Origin: the human T2T-CHM13v2.0 reference genome, Homo sapiens
Length of the DNA: 64,000 nucleotides
NCBI RefSeq assembly: GCF_009914755.1
Contig: NC_060927.1
Strand: one strand, 5' to 3'
The position numbers were made by a program, and so were the translations under genes. The notes under the pieces were generated by a model. That model had not been told where the DNA came from, made no database searches, and saw only the letters and a list, made by a program, of their open reading frames with translations. The first letter of the stretch is position 1, and each line of letters begins with the position of its first letter. This document shows positions 39,101 through 53,350 of this stretch, piece after piece.

Positions 39101-40624
39101 CAGGTACAGAGCACACACTCAATAGAGGGCTCTGTGGAAGTAACTACCCCTTCTTTCATTGTTTACCTAAATTTCTGGGGTATTTTTTTAAACAATAGTG
39201 AGAAGATTGAAGATGGAGAAATCTCTTTTCTATTTGTTCTTAGTTCTCATAATGTTCAAAATAAATGACTATGGTAGGTAATATCACAAAAGACGAATAT
39301 CTCACAGTTCTGTGCTTCTGCATATGAAGGCGAGGGTAGTTAATTGGCTCATAATCAGTTCTTGAGCAAAGGGCTAACATGATAATGGGCCAGTAATGAG
39401 ATGACTCTCCTGAGCTAGGCTGTCAGCTAATCACATCTGGTTTGTAAAGTATTAATCAGCTCTGAGTCAGTGGGTAGGGAACATTAAGAATGCAGTTACT
39501 TCCTAAATAAATTATTTCCCACTTTCTCTGACAATCATTACTGGTGTATTTGAAAGAATTATTTTAATACACTAAGTAGAGCAAAGCTCTAATAATATTC
39601 TTTGATTAAAATACCAAGTTACAATATTTTATATTATTAAAGATTTATAGTACTAATAACTCAGTAGACTTCATGCCACATTAATAATGTCAAAACAGTC
39701 ACATGTTAAGATTTGTTCTTCAAGGAGCATGCTTTCTAGATCTCTTTCGTCACGAAAACAACATTTTCTGCTCCAGTATTTTAATTAGTCCTTTAACTGG
39801 AATTTTCTCTTTTGGCTCACTGAAAAATTAGCTCCTTTAATTGTTCTATTACTCATTATGTTCCAGGTACATTTAGTGTGCTTCCTGTTAGTCATTTGCC
39901 TTTTCCATTTTTTACTATGATGTTCTCACAGGAATTGGAAGCATTTTTATTTTTGGAAGACAGCAGGTAGAATAATTAAGATTGAATCATAGAAATAAAG
40001 GCTTGATTCAGAATTCACTCAATACCTAAAATAAGAACCCATGTAATGAGAGTTAAAAAAAAAACCAAAAAAAAAACCCACAAAACTCTCACGAATGGCA
40101 GAGCTGGAGAAGACTGTCCTGATAATACGTGTTCATCTTGAGTCTCAAATATGTCCAGAATAAAGCTCTATGTACTTGGTTTGTATAGAAAACATATTTT
40201 CCTTATTAGCTTATTAGTTAATATTACAGTTTCTTCTAATGTGCTATCCTATACTAATGTTTTATATGCAGCTACAGAAAACATGACCTTCTAGCATTTC
40301 TGTTGGTGGTTTACTTAATTTTCTTTTAAATAAGAATTGTGTTATGGTAGAAAATTCAAAAGTATGAGAAAACTATGAAGTAAGACAGAATACCCAGTCT
40401 CAGTCACCCCGGCCCGAGATTTTACCATCAGCAACAGCAGCAGCAGCAGCAAGAACGTATACTCTTACTAAATATGTAAGACGTGTTCACATGCTCTGTT
40501 AATATTTTACATGCATTCTCTCATTTAATCCCTATAAAAACCCTATGAGAATGTATGATGGATTTTTAATTTTTTACATAGTAACATTTTATTCCATGCT
40601 TTTTGGTGCATTTCCCTTTATTAC

Positions 40625-41075
40625 AGGGGTTGGAAGACCAAAAACTACATTTCCTAGACTCTGTTACCACTGATATGCTGCATGCAATTTATATTTTGCC
40701 ATCTAGTGAGATGCTCTATTGCTAGACTTGGGAGACAGGAAGAAGTCAGAAGCCATTCTTCCTTCTGCAGTAGCAGATATGTGGGCCTTAACAGAAATTA
40801 CTCTTACAATGGCCTCTGAATTCCCTTCCAGCCACATGCCACAGGGCTTAGGGCAGTACCGGATAGTCACAAGATTTCCTACAGTCCTTTGCCTCTGGAT
40901 GGGGTCATTAATTCCCTCACTCTCTGGGACACTGATATAAAATCTAGTGGCCACACCTTGACTTCCCCCTCTAGCCGTTACAACGGTTTTGTAACCTCCT
41001 AAATATTATTACATCCTTTTCTGTTTGTGATACCTAGAGTGGATATGTTTCCCTAGTGAAACCCTTATTGTTATA
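40625..41075 (+). mobile_element. LTR33 (ERVL) LTR
   Basis: aaaactacatttcctagactc...; 3' end tccttttctgtttgtgatacctagagtgg...ccct. Confidence 0.6.
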
Positions 41076-41094
41076 GTTAAATAATAATATTATT

Positions 41095-41955
41095 CCTGGG
41101 CTGTTTTTACTCCAGCAACCAATCCTCCAGTTCTCTGAATACCAACCAGGTATCCAACAATTAAATTCAATTCTGGTACTATCTACCTGGAGTTAGTGTC
41201 ACATTCCACAAGGTAAAGGACCCAGTCCCATAAGACTGCCTCCATTATAGATGCCAGTTCCAAGACCCAGGACACTTGTAGTTCTGACCCACTGTCTAGA
41301 AATTGGAAGTCCCCAAGACCCACTTTTCAGATCAAACATTTTCTGCAATAGCTCACAGAATTTAGGAAAGTACGTTACTTACAATGACTTGTTTATTATA
41401 AAAGATGCAGCTCAGGACCAGCCAAATGAAAGAGATGCACAGGAGAAGGCATGTGCAGGTATGCAGCTTTCATATCCCCTCTGGATATACCACCTTCCTA
41501 GTACACTGATGTGTCCTTCAGACTGAAGCTCTCTGAACCCCATCTTTTAGGAGTTTTTATGGAGTCTCCAAGTCATAGGCTTGATTGGGTAAATCACTGG
41601 CCATTGGTGAATGAACTCAATCTCCAGCCTGTCTCTCTCCCCTCTCCTGGGGTTGAGTGGTATAAGGTAAGTGGTGAAGCTGAAAGTTCCAACCCTCTAA
41701 TCATGCCTTTGTCTTTCTGAAGACCAGTCCCCACCCTGCAGCTCTCGTGGGGCCCAGCGAGTCACCTCATTACTGTAAATGCAAGTATAGATGAAAGGGG
41801 ATTGTTATGAATAATAATGAGCTTGTCATCACTCCTGTCAATCAGAAATGATTTTGTCATCACTTCTATCACGCAGAAAATGCCAAGGGTTTTAAGAGTT
41901 CTGTGCCAGACACCAGGGAAAAGACCAAGTATATATTTCCCGTTATCCCATAACT
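41095..41955 (-). mobile_element. MER21-family LTR
   Basis: aattcaattctgg...ctacctggagttagtgtc...cagtcccataagactgcc; ends with ccaagggttttaagagttctgtgccagacacc...gaccaagtatatatttc, the reverse of the MER21 start. Confidence 0.8.
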
Positions 41956-42336
41956 TCCATATCATAGTGAAGGACACAAAGGGATTAAAAAACTTAATTA
42001 AGACCACCTGGCTAGAAAGTGTTAGCGCTGAGGTTTGTGTTACACATGCTAAAAATCTGAGATACTTTTCTATGAAAGAAAAGAATTACAACAAAGATGA
42101 TGTTGATAATTGTCACTTATTTACAAAGTTAATACATTCTTACTAGTCTTACTTTATTTTATGATCAATAACCACAATAAAAATAAGGAAGTCCAAGGTC
42201 TAAATTTCATTTCATTTCATTTCTCCAAAAATTTTATTTGAAGCTTTTGCCTTCAGGCAATGATATTTTCTATAATAACATATTCAGGGTTAATCTGTCC
42301 TTTTGTTTCCCTTAAGCCACTGCCTGAACAACTAGA

Positions 42337-42495
42337 CCAGTGGTTCTCAGTGTGCTCTCTATACCCACAGCTTCAGTATCTCCTGGGAATTTGTTAGAAA
42401 TGAAAACTCTCAGGCCCCACCCCAGACTTACTGAATTTGAAGTTACTTACTGGAAGTAAGCCTCAACCATTTATGCCTCAATGAACCCTTCAAGT
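42337..42495. mobile_element. MER5A
   Basis: cagtggttctcag...tctcctgggaatttgttagaaatg...ctcaggccccaccccagacttactgaat. Confidence 0.75.
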
Positions 42496-43227
42496 TTGTT
42501 TGCTTGTTTTTATCACTGTCCACATCCATGTTGAGATATTTTGGTCCTATCCATGTTCTATCCAAGATGCTATTTCTCAGTCGGGTTTCCATATGGTGAG
42601 TCAGAGCAAGAGCATTGCCATCAGGACTGTGTTATTGAAGATGCTGACAAAGTCCAACTTCTACTAAGAGATCCTGGATATCTCTAGATTATGCCATTTA
42701 AAGAAGCCGCCAACTTGGTGAGAAGTAGCAAAGTTATGGATTAACTGTTGCTTCATGTAGCATAAAACTGTATGAGACTAAAGGAAGGAGAGAAGCATTG
42801 CTACTTTAGACAAAAAAATGAGAGAGAGAGATATATATATAGCCAAATTATTGTTTTGAAATGCCAAGAATGTTGGAGGTTAGGGCTCTGAAGCTGAAGT
42901 AGGACTTTCAATGAGCAATGCATTAGGTAGCATGTAAATGGATCCTGTGCATAAATTAATTCTGGATTTCCCAAATTACAGCCATTCCTCTGTTACTGTC
43001 AATTTTCATTAATATGGCTCAGTTTTAAAATTAAGCATAGTGATATTTGTCCTAATTAATAATGTTTTTGAAATCATAGTTCAGTAGGCTAGTTATATGT
43101 TTCTTCTAGTAAAATTAAAATAAATGCATATTTAATAAAATAAGTCCATTAAAAACATCTTCCATACAATTAGTGATATGCTTTGATAAACACAAGATTA
43201 ATTTATTTAATAAATGATCATACCTCC

Positions 43228-45520
43228 CCATTGGGAAATTCCAGGAAAGAATGCAGACTGACAAGAGAATCTAACTGTATTATAAATGTATAAAACACCT
43301 CATTAAAGGGGATAGGAGAAAAGCTGACCTAAAAGATTTTGGAAATGCAGTCTGTAAGACTAAAGCCAAAGGGAACTACACATTAAGTACTGTACTGTAG
43401 TTGATAAAGTAGTTTTCCACAGAGATACAGGTTAAAAATTCTGATACTACTATTCATGTGTATTGGAGTTAAACAATTAAGTAAATGGCTTCTCACGGTT
43501 GCAGTGAAAATTTACAGATCAGCAAGGGGAGGAGGCTAGAATGTAGATTAGATTAGAGTTGGAGACATCAGCAAGAACTCATGTTTAACTTAATATAGGT
43601 ATAGCTGCTTACATATAGAATGATTTATAGATATGTATATATATGCACATTAGTATACACACATATATTTCTTTCCTATGTCATCTGAGAGGGTCTAAAA
43701 GAAACCACCCAAGATCCTGGTTTCTAATCTCATTCTCCAGTAAAAGGAATTAAGCTTCTTTGGAGAAATAGCTGTTCCTAACACTGGGTAGGAAATATAT
43801 AGCATAAGCCTGGAGTATTTTGTAGTATCAGAAAGTAAGAAAGTGACTCTCCCCCCAAAAAATCACCCCATTATGTCAAAGGGGCACAGAAACCAATAGA
43901 AGGAAATACCAACGGCCAAAGCTAAAATAGCTAAAATACCTGGAGCAACAAAATAAATAATATTGGATTATTAATCAAAATATAAAACAAACATCCACAA
44001 GTCCACACTGATATAAATAAAGAATTGTATAAATTAATAAATGGATGGTAAGAGACAAATCTCTTTATGCAGAAGATGTTTCTTAAATGCAGATACTCCA
44101 GAAGGTTAAGTAGGGGAATGTAACTTGTCACTTTGTAAGTGTGGGTTATGCATAATGACTTCCTTACAAAGAGTACACTATGGAAAGAGGGAAAAATCGT
44201 AACTCTACAGTGGAGAAACCTGACAAACACTACCTCAGCCAAGTGATCAAGGTCAACATCAATAGTCATAAATTATGCTGACAGTATGTAGTCTTTGATA
44301 TGATGTGATGAAAATGGCACTTTACGTCGGTGATCTTCCCCCTAACCCATTGAAACCACCTTTGCAAAATTATGACTGAGACAGTGAAAGAGATCTAACT
44401 TAACTGACTCCATCTTTCTTCTAACCTCCAAGCTGCCCTTGTTCATTCCTGGGCGTAGGCTGAGTTAACTTTGGGAGAAACTTAGCTTATAGTTTATAGT
44501 TTAAACAAAGATGGTAACAGCCCTTTCTCAAAGCAGACCTCCTTCTTGCCTGGAGACTAGATTGCCTTTGTAGGACTAACATTAGCCACAAGATTAGAAA
44601 TTATGGTTTAGGAGTCAAGCAGCTAGAGGCTACAAGATTCTGACCCTCCTTAAACTGCTCTTAAGATCAGTGCTGGAGATATTTTGCAGACCCTGCACTT
44701 GATGGATCAGCTGGCACCACCCAGATCAATAAACTGGCTCATCTGATCTTGGGGCCCTACCCAGGAACTGACTCAGCTCAAGAAGACAGCTCGAACTCCC
44801 TAGGATTTAATCTCTGACCAATCAGCACACCTGGCTCACTGGCTTCCCCCAACCCACCAAGTTATCCTTAAAAAACTCTGTTCCTCCAATGCTCAGGGAG
44901 ACTGATCTGAGTAATAATAAAACTCCGGTCTCCCACACAGCCGGCTCTGCGTGAATTACTCTTTCTCTACTGCAATTCCCCTGTCTTGATGAATTGGCTC
45001 TGTCTAGGCAGTAGGCAAGGTGAACCTCTTGGGTGGTTACACCATAACCCCAGTCTAATCATGAAAAAATATCATATGTATTTCAGTAGAGGGCCAATTT
45101 ACAATATATCTGACCAGTAGTCCTAAAAGTTATCAAAGTTATCAAAAACAGAAAACGTCTGAGAAACTGTCACAGCTAAGAGGAGTCTAAGGAGAAATGA
45201 CAGCTAAATATAAGGTGGTGTTCTGAATGGGATCCTGGGACAGAAAAAGAACACTAGGTAAAAACTAGGAAAGTCAAATAAACTATCAATTAATAATATA
45301 CCAAAATTTAGTTTATAACTAAGTACAATGTTTGTTCATTAGTTATAACAAATGTACAAAATTAGTGTAAGATGTTAATAATCAGTGAAGCTGTGGGGTG
45401 TGGGAGGGTGCGATGGGGGGTTTGTTTGTAATGGAAACTCTTTGTACTATGTGCTCAATTTTTCCATAAATCTAAAACTGTTCTAAAACATAAAATATAT
45501 TATTTAAAAATTAAAATAAA
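43228..45520 (+). mobile_element. L1MC/L1MD-type long 3' UTR, split by LTR8
   Basis: gagttggagacatcag, agtggagaaacctgacaaacactacctcagccaagtgatcaaggtcaacatca, ggatcctgggacagaaaaag, ending aaatctaaaactgttctaaaa. Confidence 0.8.
44351..45041 (+). mobile_element. LTR8 (ERV1) complete solo LTR, 691 bp
   Basis: tgaaaccacctttgcaaaattatgactgagacagtgaaagagatc...gggtggttaca; TG...CA ends; perfect 4-bp TSD ccat. Confidence 0.9.
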
Positions 45521-45718
45521 TGCATTACACCTCTCCAAGGAAGCCTGCTGCCTTGTTCCTAGAAGGTCCTCTTCAGATCATTTCAATAGGACTGCTGTGG
45601 AGGGCTGTGCCAATTTATGCCAGTTTAGGAAAGTGACGAGGTGCTGAAATTTAGACACTACTCCACTTCCAGAACCCATGACCCAGGTAACAGGCTCCAC
45701 CAGTAGGAAAGGGACATC

Positions 45719-45820
45719 AGTATTAGTCGGGGTTTTCCACAGAGACAGACCAATAGGAAGGAAGGATGGATGGATAGATGGATAGATGGATGGATGGATG
45801 GATGGATGGATGGATGGATG

Positions 45821-45862
<42 letters not shown>

Positions 45863-46358
45863 CAGACAGATAGATAGATGATAGATAGATGAGAGGGGAT
45901 TTATTAGGGGAACTGGCTCTGTCTGCAAGCTGGAGACCCTGGAATGCCCATATCACAGCTCTGTCCAAGTCCAAAAGCCTCAGAAATGGAAGCCAATAGG
46001 CAAAGGATAAAGGCCTTAGAACCCAGCAGGCCACTGGTGTAAGTCCTGCAGTCCAAGGGCCTAACAGCCTGGAGTTTTGATGTCCAAAGGTGGGGGAAGA
46101 GTGTTCCAACTTCAGGAGAGAGAGGAAATTGGGTTTCTGTTTTGTTTTGGTTTTTGGTTTTTGGTTCTATCTGGGCCTCTAACTGATTGAATTGTGCCTG
46201 CCCACAGTGAGAGTGGCAGTCTTCCCCACTCAGTCCAGTAACTCACATGCAAATCTCCTCTGGAAACACCCTCACAGACAAGCCCTAGAAATAATGCTTT
46301 ATCTGTTCTCTAGGTATTCCTTAATCCAGTTAAGTTGACACCTAAAATGAATGATACA
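45719..46358 (-). mobile_element. MLT2B-type (HERVL) LTR
   Basis: gtattagtcggggttttccacagagacagaccaatagga...ctaggtattccttaatccagttaagttgacacctaaaat. Confidence 0.8.
45756..45891. repeat. Compound STR (GGAA)(GGAT)n(AGAT)n(AGAC)(AGAT) inside MLT2
   Basis: Read directly. Confidence 0.95.
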
Positions 46359-48249
46359 GAACCTTCGTGTGATTGCTATGTGCTAGTTGTGCACTAGTTT
46401 CTCACGGCATGCCTAATTATTTCAAGAATGAAGGCATGAGAGTGAGGAGAAGGATATTTTTTTCTGCTGCACAATTCTTTGGATATGAATGCAAGTGAGA
46501 GATTCAGCTTAATAACTCCTGACACTTTTAAGCCCCTAGAGGCAGAAATTTGGAGCAAATGACCAAACTTCTGCTTTTATGATTCTATGGATGCAGGTGA
46601 CGAGCAGCTAATAGGATTAATAGTATTAATACTAGCTAGCATCAATTAAATATTTACTATGTCCCAGATACTGATAACATAGAATTCAAAGTAATTTTTA
46701 GCCTTGAACAGTCCAGAATTTTTAGTGCCCCCCAGCTTTAAAGAATTTTAAAGCACAAAAAAATTCTTGATTTTGCTTTAAAGCCTAACTATGTGCCAGT
46801 TGCATCTCTTGCTTCTGGTGTCCTCAGACTTCCACTTTGCTGGTGGAAACCGCTGATACCCCTGTGCTCTTTAGAACCCTGGGCATATGGCCACTTCACG
46901 CCCCTGTCAAAGACATCCCTCGTGGTGCCTCTTGATTGGGAGACTGACTCTCAAAGAGGCTCTTAATTTTGGGACTCCAGGCTGTGTTAATTGGAGATGA
47001 CAGTCACCCACACATAGTTGTTTCCCCTGCAGGTGTCCTTAACTCAAAACCACTTCAGGGCTGAAAACAGGATAATAAAATATCTCTCTCTTCACGGCCC
47101 CATCGCTACTCAGCAGCCTGCCTAAGCCCTGCTTGCGATTTTCTCATCAGCGAAAAAGCCTCCTGATTCCTTTTCTCTCTGCCTTATCTAGATACTAACT
47201 AGAACTTACCATTCTGTGCTCTAATGGTTTTAACAGGCTTCAAAAATCTCCACTGGTCTAGTAGCTTTTTTAGTTAAAATAATTAAGAGAAAAACAGCTT
47301 TAAATGTTTCCTGAATCAGGCAAATGAATAATGATTAAGTCTAATTAAGTGGAGAATCAGAGGAAAGAGGTATGAGCCTGGGATAGTTCTTTATACCAGG
47401 TATTTACCAAGCCAACATCCAGAAGTTTTTAATGAGGCAGGCATGAGATGATATTTATCTGAAGTCTGCCCACTAAGAGGACCTGCCTTGGATATGGTAG
47501 ACAGCCCAGAATGCAGAGGTAGGCATTCATTTTTAAATCAGTCCAAGTCTAATGGCCAATTAACGCGCATTTGTTCAACTTCACCATCCTCTTTTGTTGT
47601 TTACTGCTTCAACTTTGAATGCCAGAAGCTTTTTAAAAAGAGCTTGACCTTTACACAAAGGAGCTTTTTCAATTTAACCTCTAATTTAATATGACTGACA
47701 TATGAAATATACTAGTTTGATGTTCAGGCAATAACTCAAAGAAGAGAGAGATGAGGCTTCCAGACAAAACACAGCATAGAAACTGATAAATGAAAAATAC
47801 TGATCACTGAGTATTTTTTAAAAACCAAGATGTTTTTATAATAAGCTTCTCTGATTGCAAAGCACTTGCAGATATTTTTATTGATGAAGTACAGCAGAAG
47901 GCTCCAGAGAAAGAAGGAAGAGACATGTTTGAATAACTAGTTTAAATTGTCACCACAATTTTATCTCTTGGGCTGTACTCATTTTAAAGCAACACTATTT
48001 TTTAAGGTTCATTTTTACTCCTATGTCATAATTCTAGCTCAGCCTAGGAGTCTGGAAAGAACAGAACACTAAAATCATCCTTCATGAAAACTTTACAGCT
48101 GTGCACTGTGACCTTTATGGGACTAAACTCTTAAGCCCACTTAAAGTCTCAGGGTGCCAGTGATGTCAATGCCTAGAACATTAGGGCCGCTGTGTATTTT
48201 TTGGAAATTCTTTTCATCAAGGTGCCAACCTTGAGCCATATAGGTTTTG

Positions 48250-49170
48250 AATTTTCATATCATTCCAGGTGCCAAAGTTTACATCTATTGTGTGACAGGC
48301 ACTTGGAATAAAATGTTGCAGAAGATTAATAAGGTCCTGCCTCAAAGAAATTGCATTTCAATGGAGGATGAAAGAAAATAAAAAGAAAAGATCACTTTGG
48401 AAATTGATCATTGCTGTGAATAAAAACATTGACTGGGAAAGCCTTTTGATAGGGTGATCTGATGAGTTCCTTCTACAAGGGGGATACTGGAGCAGCAACC
48501 TGGATGAAAAGAAAGAGACAGGTTAGAACAAGGAAAACTACAGGAGTAAAGGCCCTGAGGCAGGAATCAGCTCTGAGTTTCCAGGAAGAGAAAGAAGGCC
48601 AGTGTGGCTGGAAAATGGCGAGCATAGGCCAAAGTCAAAAGGTAGGCAGGGTGTAGGTCATGTGCAGCCCAGTAGGCCATGGCTAGTAGACAGAATCTTA
48701 TTTCCAATATGGTGGAAAACAACTGGAGGCAGAGAATACATGCATGGATCTGGGGACAACAGTGTCAGCTGGGGGACAAGTGTGGAGGCTATTACAGAGG
48801 TTCAGGCAAAAGATAATGGCAGCTTAAACTAGAGTTGGGGAAGTTGGGGAGGAAAGGCCGGCAGTTCATTTATTCAAATACTTATTTAGTGTCCCCTGAG
48901 TGTCAGATACTTTCCTAGGTTCTCTTTTTTTCTCCATTTGAAAGTTTATCCTGAACATTTCAATCATAACCCTCACACAGCACTTAATACACTGTATTTT
49001 CGTTTACTTAATTGTTTGTTTCTATGTCTCTCTCACCTGTTAAATTATGAGCTCTCTGAGAACATGTATAGGATATAATTTATCTATTTCCAAAACCTAG
49101 CTCAGTGCCTGGAATCTAGAGGTCTCTCAATCAATGTGTTTTAGAGTTTAGTTGAAAAGATGAATTGAAT
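48250..49170. mobile_element. L2 fragments (minus ~48250-48920, plus ~48960-49170)
   Basis: aaggccctgaggcaggaa...gaaggccagtgtggctgg...aggcaaaagataatggcagctt; cctagctcagtgcctgg...tctcaatcaatg. Confidence 0.65.
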
Positions 49171-49602
49171 TCAAGACTTCTATCTCACATCCTCAGGAAA
49201 AAAGCCTGTCATCAGGCCCTGCCAATTTGAATACATTTACCTTTTTTTTTAAAGTGCTCAAATAATTTCTTTTCAGGGTGGTGTGGTTTGCTGCCTGCCT
49301 ATCAAAGATAAAAACAGCATTGATTAATATAAACAAAATTAGAAAAATATTTGGCTAAAATGTCTTGCTTTCTCAGTCATTTGCTATCAGCTTTCCTCCT
49401 TAAACATAGAAAAAGGTGACAAAATAAAAACTTTTTTCTCATCACTGATGGTATTCTTTATGATGTCCAAGATGAAGATATTTCTCTCTTCATATTAAAC
49501 CAGGTAATGAGTTTAATTGTTTTTTCCTTCAAACGCGACATATTTTTAAGCCTTTTTTCCCCCTCAAATGCCGTAATTTAAATCATCAGACAATGACAAT
49601 GC

Positions 49603-50416
<814 letters not shown>

Positions 50417-51263
50417 ATCATGCTGTATACATTATAGACCTCCTTAGGAACTTTGTCCAGTGGTCCTTTCCCCTCAGGGTAGGGAGCGCTCCCATCTAGG
50501 CCACACTCCAGGCACCTGAGACACTGAAATCTGCCCTGATGGTCCCAAGACTGCCCCTGTGTCTCCACGAACCCCTTTCCTAAGTCTGCGATTGAGCCAG
50601 AGTGGATTAGCAGCTAGAGATCAGGGCATCTCAATCCCACTGCCTCTAAGTTAGTTGACACTGAACTTAGTTTCAAGAATTCCAAATTGAACTAGCCTTC
50701 TTGATCATTATGAACACATATTTGTCAAGACAGATGTATAGAACATGTTTCTTTAGCTGTCTGGTGACTTGCCGTAGAACTTTAGATATTCAGGCCCATG
50801 ATATGCGGGCTCTGTTTGTGCTCTTATCCGGGACCCCACAAATATAAGAGCCTTGTGGCTAGGTCTGGGCTCAGCCAAGCCAGCAAAACTGATGCCATCA
50901 CCAAAGACATTCAAATTGCAACCCAGTAAATCTGTCAGCCTGCCACAACTGTCCTCATTAAGATGCTTCAAGCCCAATGTCTGGACCTCAACTGGCTGCC
51001 CTCTGGATTTGGAAACTGGGTTTCCAACTATTAATATTTGGTTTTCTTTTTCTTTTCATGAAAATTCCCCTCACTAAATGTCTGGCTGCTGCTCTGACCA
51101 TCCAGCAAATATCCTCTACTACCAAATGGTTCAGCTGACCCTTCATGAACAAAAGGTAACTGAATGAGAAAATGGACTTACAATGTTCAAAGGAAAGAAG
51201 AATGTCATCTCTTCTTTCTTTGAACAGAGGACGGACTGGCAAAGAGTCTCTTTTTGACCAAGC

Positions 51264-51572
<309 letters not shown>

Positions 51573-52256
51573 TGACCAAGCTTTTTAACTGAACTTCAAG
51601 TCTTTTTTTTTCTAGACCTTAATTTTGCTTCATGAATAATACTAATAAAGGTGCAAATATAGACTAGTGAAGAAAATTTAAAGCATGTTTGAAACATTAT
51701 AAACACATGGTTTATATATTTGCATAATATTTTAAATTATTATTTATAAATGCTTCTCACATCTCTTTGCCTTATTTGGAGCATTGCTATTGTGTTGTTA
51801 AGAACAAAAATAGCTACAGTATCATTCTTTATCATACATGATCTAGATGTTTTCTTTCTCTACTCCTGTTTTCCTCCCTTTAGAAAAATGTATCCATGGT
51901 TAACATTAAGAAGAAAATTAGCTGTAAAATCAAAAACACAACAATAGTCTAAGAGCCACAACCCACTGGAAAAGGCCACAGCATCGAACAGCTAAGCTAA
52001 AAATTCCATGTCTGGATACTTGGTTGAAATTCCCTCGCTCCCACTCAGCAAAGCATCCCCAGATGCCAAAGATTACGCATTCCACTTTATAAGGACTAAC
52101 GCTGAATGCTTTTTAAATACAAAATTAAAAAGCAAGTCATTCATAAACTTCAGTACTCCATCAGTACCACATCGTTTTGTCATATGTTAACGCTAGAGTT
52201 GCGGAGAATGGTTACTTGGGATAAAAGATTTCATCTTTAGTTGATTTCCAGGACGA

Positions 52257-52417
52257 AGTGGTTCAATAGTTGTTCTGCTTCTTACAATTCTCAGAGAGTT
52301 TAAATTGCCCTTGAAATTCTCTTAATTGGTCCATGAGGTACAGTTATCCCGGTTTCAAGAGTATATTCCTATATGGAAATCTTTGTACACACTGAAGTTT
52401 GAGAACTGCGGGCTAGA
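52257..52417. mobile_element. Degenerate MER5-like MITE
   Basis: Termini agtggttc...aagtttgagaactgcgggctaga. Confidence 0.4.
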
Positions 52418-53294
52418 CTAAAATCAGGAACAAAAGGAAAGTCTATATGCAGATGCTCAGGCACTTAAATCACTGTGCCTTTCGGATATGATTAAACTCT
52501 ACCAGTGAGTAGGGGGAGAAATCTAAATTACGCAGGCTCTCCTGCAGATACTACTCCATTTTTTGTTATAAGATTAAGCCTCCATGATCCTTATTTGCGA
52601 ATAGGTTTATCATTGTAAAAATAAAAGCTCCGGGCAGACACAGAGAAAGAGACAGAGAGAAAGAGACTCTAAAGTCAGCTTCCTGGTTAAATGCATAATG
52701 CCGTATTGTCTTGATACAGCAGTTAAAAGTGGCCCTAAATTCCCGTGGAAGAGGAAGACAATGCACCAAAAGGGCCTTACAATTCTAACTTCAGTTAAAA
52801 TCATTTATTTTGAACTTTGTTCTAACTTTCAGTGGAGGCTTTAATGACTCCAGTAAATGACAATGTGCTTGAATTTTCACTGGCATTTTCTATTGTCACA
52901 AGCTTTAAGTTTCTTCAGAGCCCCAATTCTCTTGCATTATATTTTTTAATACCTGTAATCAAGGCCTTAGCCCAGGTCCTAAGCAAAGCTAACAAATAAT
53001 TATCTTTCACAATAGAGCTAAAAACAGGAACCTAATTAATTAAAGCACTAATTGAACTTCCCATTACTGATACATTTGTTCCTGCTCTGACATAAACATT
53101 AATCAAATTCACTGAATAATTCAGCTCTCCATTTCCCTCACCTGTGTAGACAAATCTGCCTGCTGTCCTGTAATGGTGAAAGATGAAAATGTTTTATGAT
53201 GTCATTTGGTAATATCCTTGTTGAGTACTAATAACTGATAATATTGTATAGTCAAATGGGAAGAGGGTACAGAGTAAAAACAAAATGCTGTTAA

Positions 53295-53350
53295 ATATAT
53301 ATCTATATATATATATATACATATATAATTATATATCTTATATATTTATA
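53295..53350. repeat. (TA)n-rich low complexity
   Basis: Read directly. Confidence 0.85.

Larger units (their letters stand above)
40455..42060 (-). mobile_element. MIR split by LTR33 and MER21 (parts ~40455-40560 and ~41965-42060)
   Basis: tttacatgcattctctcatttaatcc...ccctatgag, resuming gacacaaagggattaaaaactt...gaccacctggctag. Confidence 0.5.

Noticed and set aside
40429-40452. CAG/CAA run
   Set aside because: Only five pure CAG units, at a MIR tail, with no coding context.
45395-45420. G-quadruplex-compatible tract (also ~7860-7890 and ~28310-28330)
   Set aside because: Ordinary G-rich tracts of L1 3' UTRs.
45578-46109. ORFs with IYLS/IHPS repeats (116 and 128 aa)
   Set aside because: Translation of the tetranucleotide STR inside MLT2.
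47793-47818. 9-bp AT-rich hairpin aaaaatact...agtattttt
   Set aside because: Low complexity; expected by chance.
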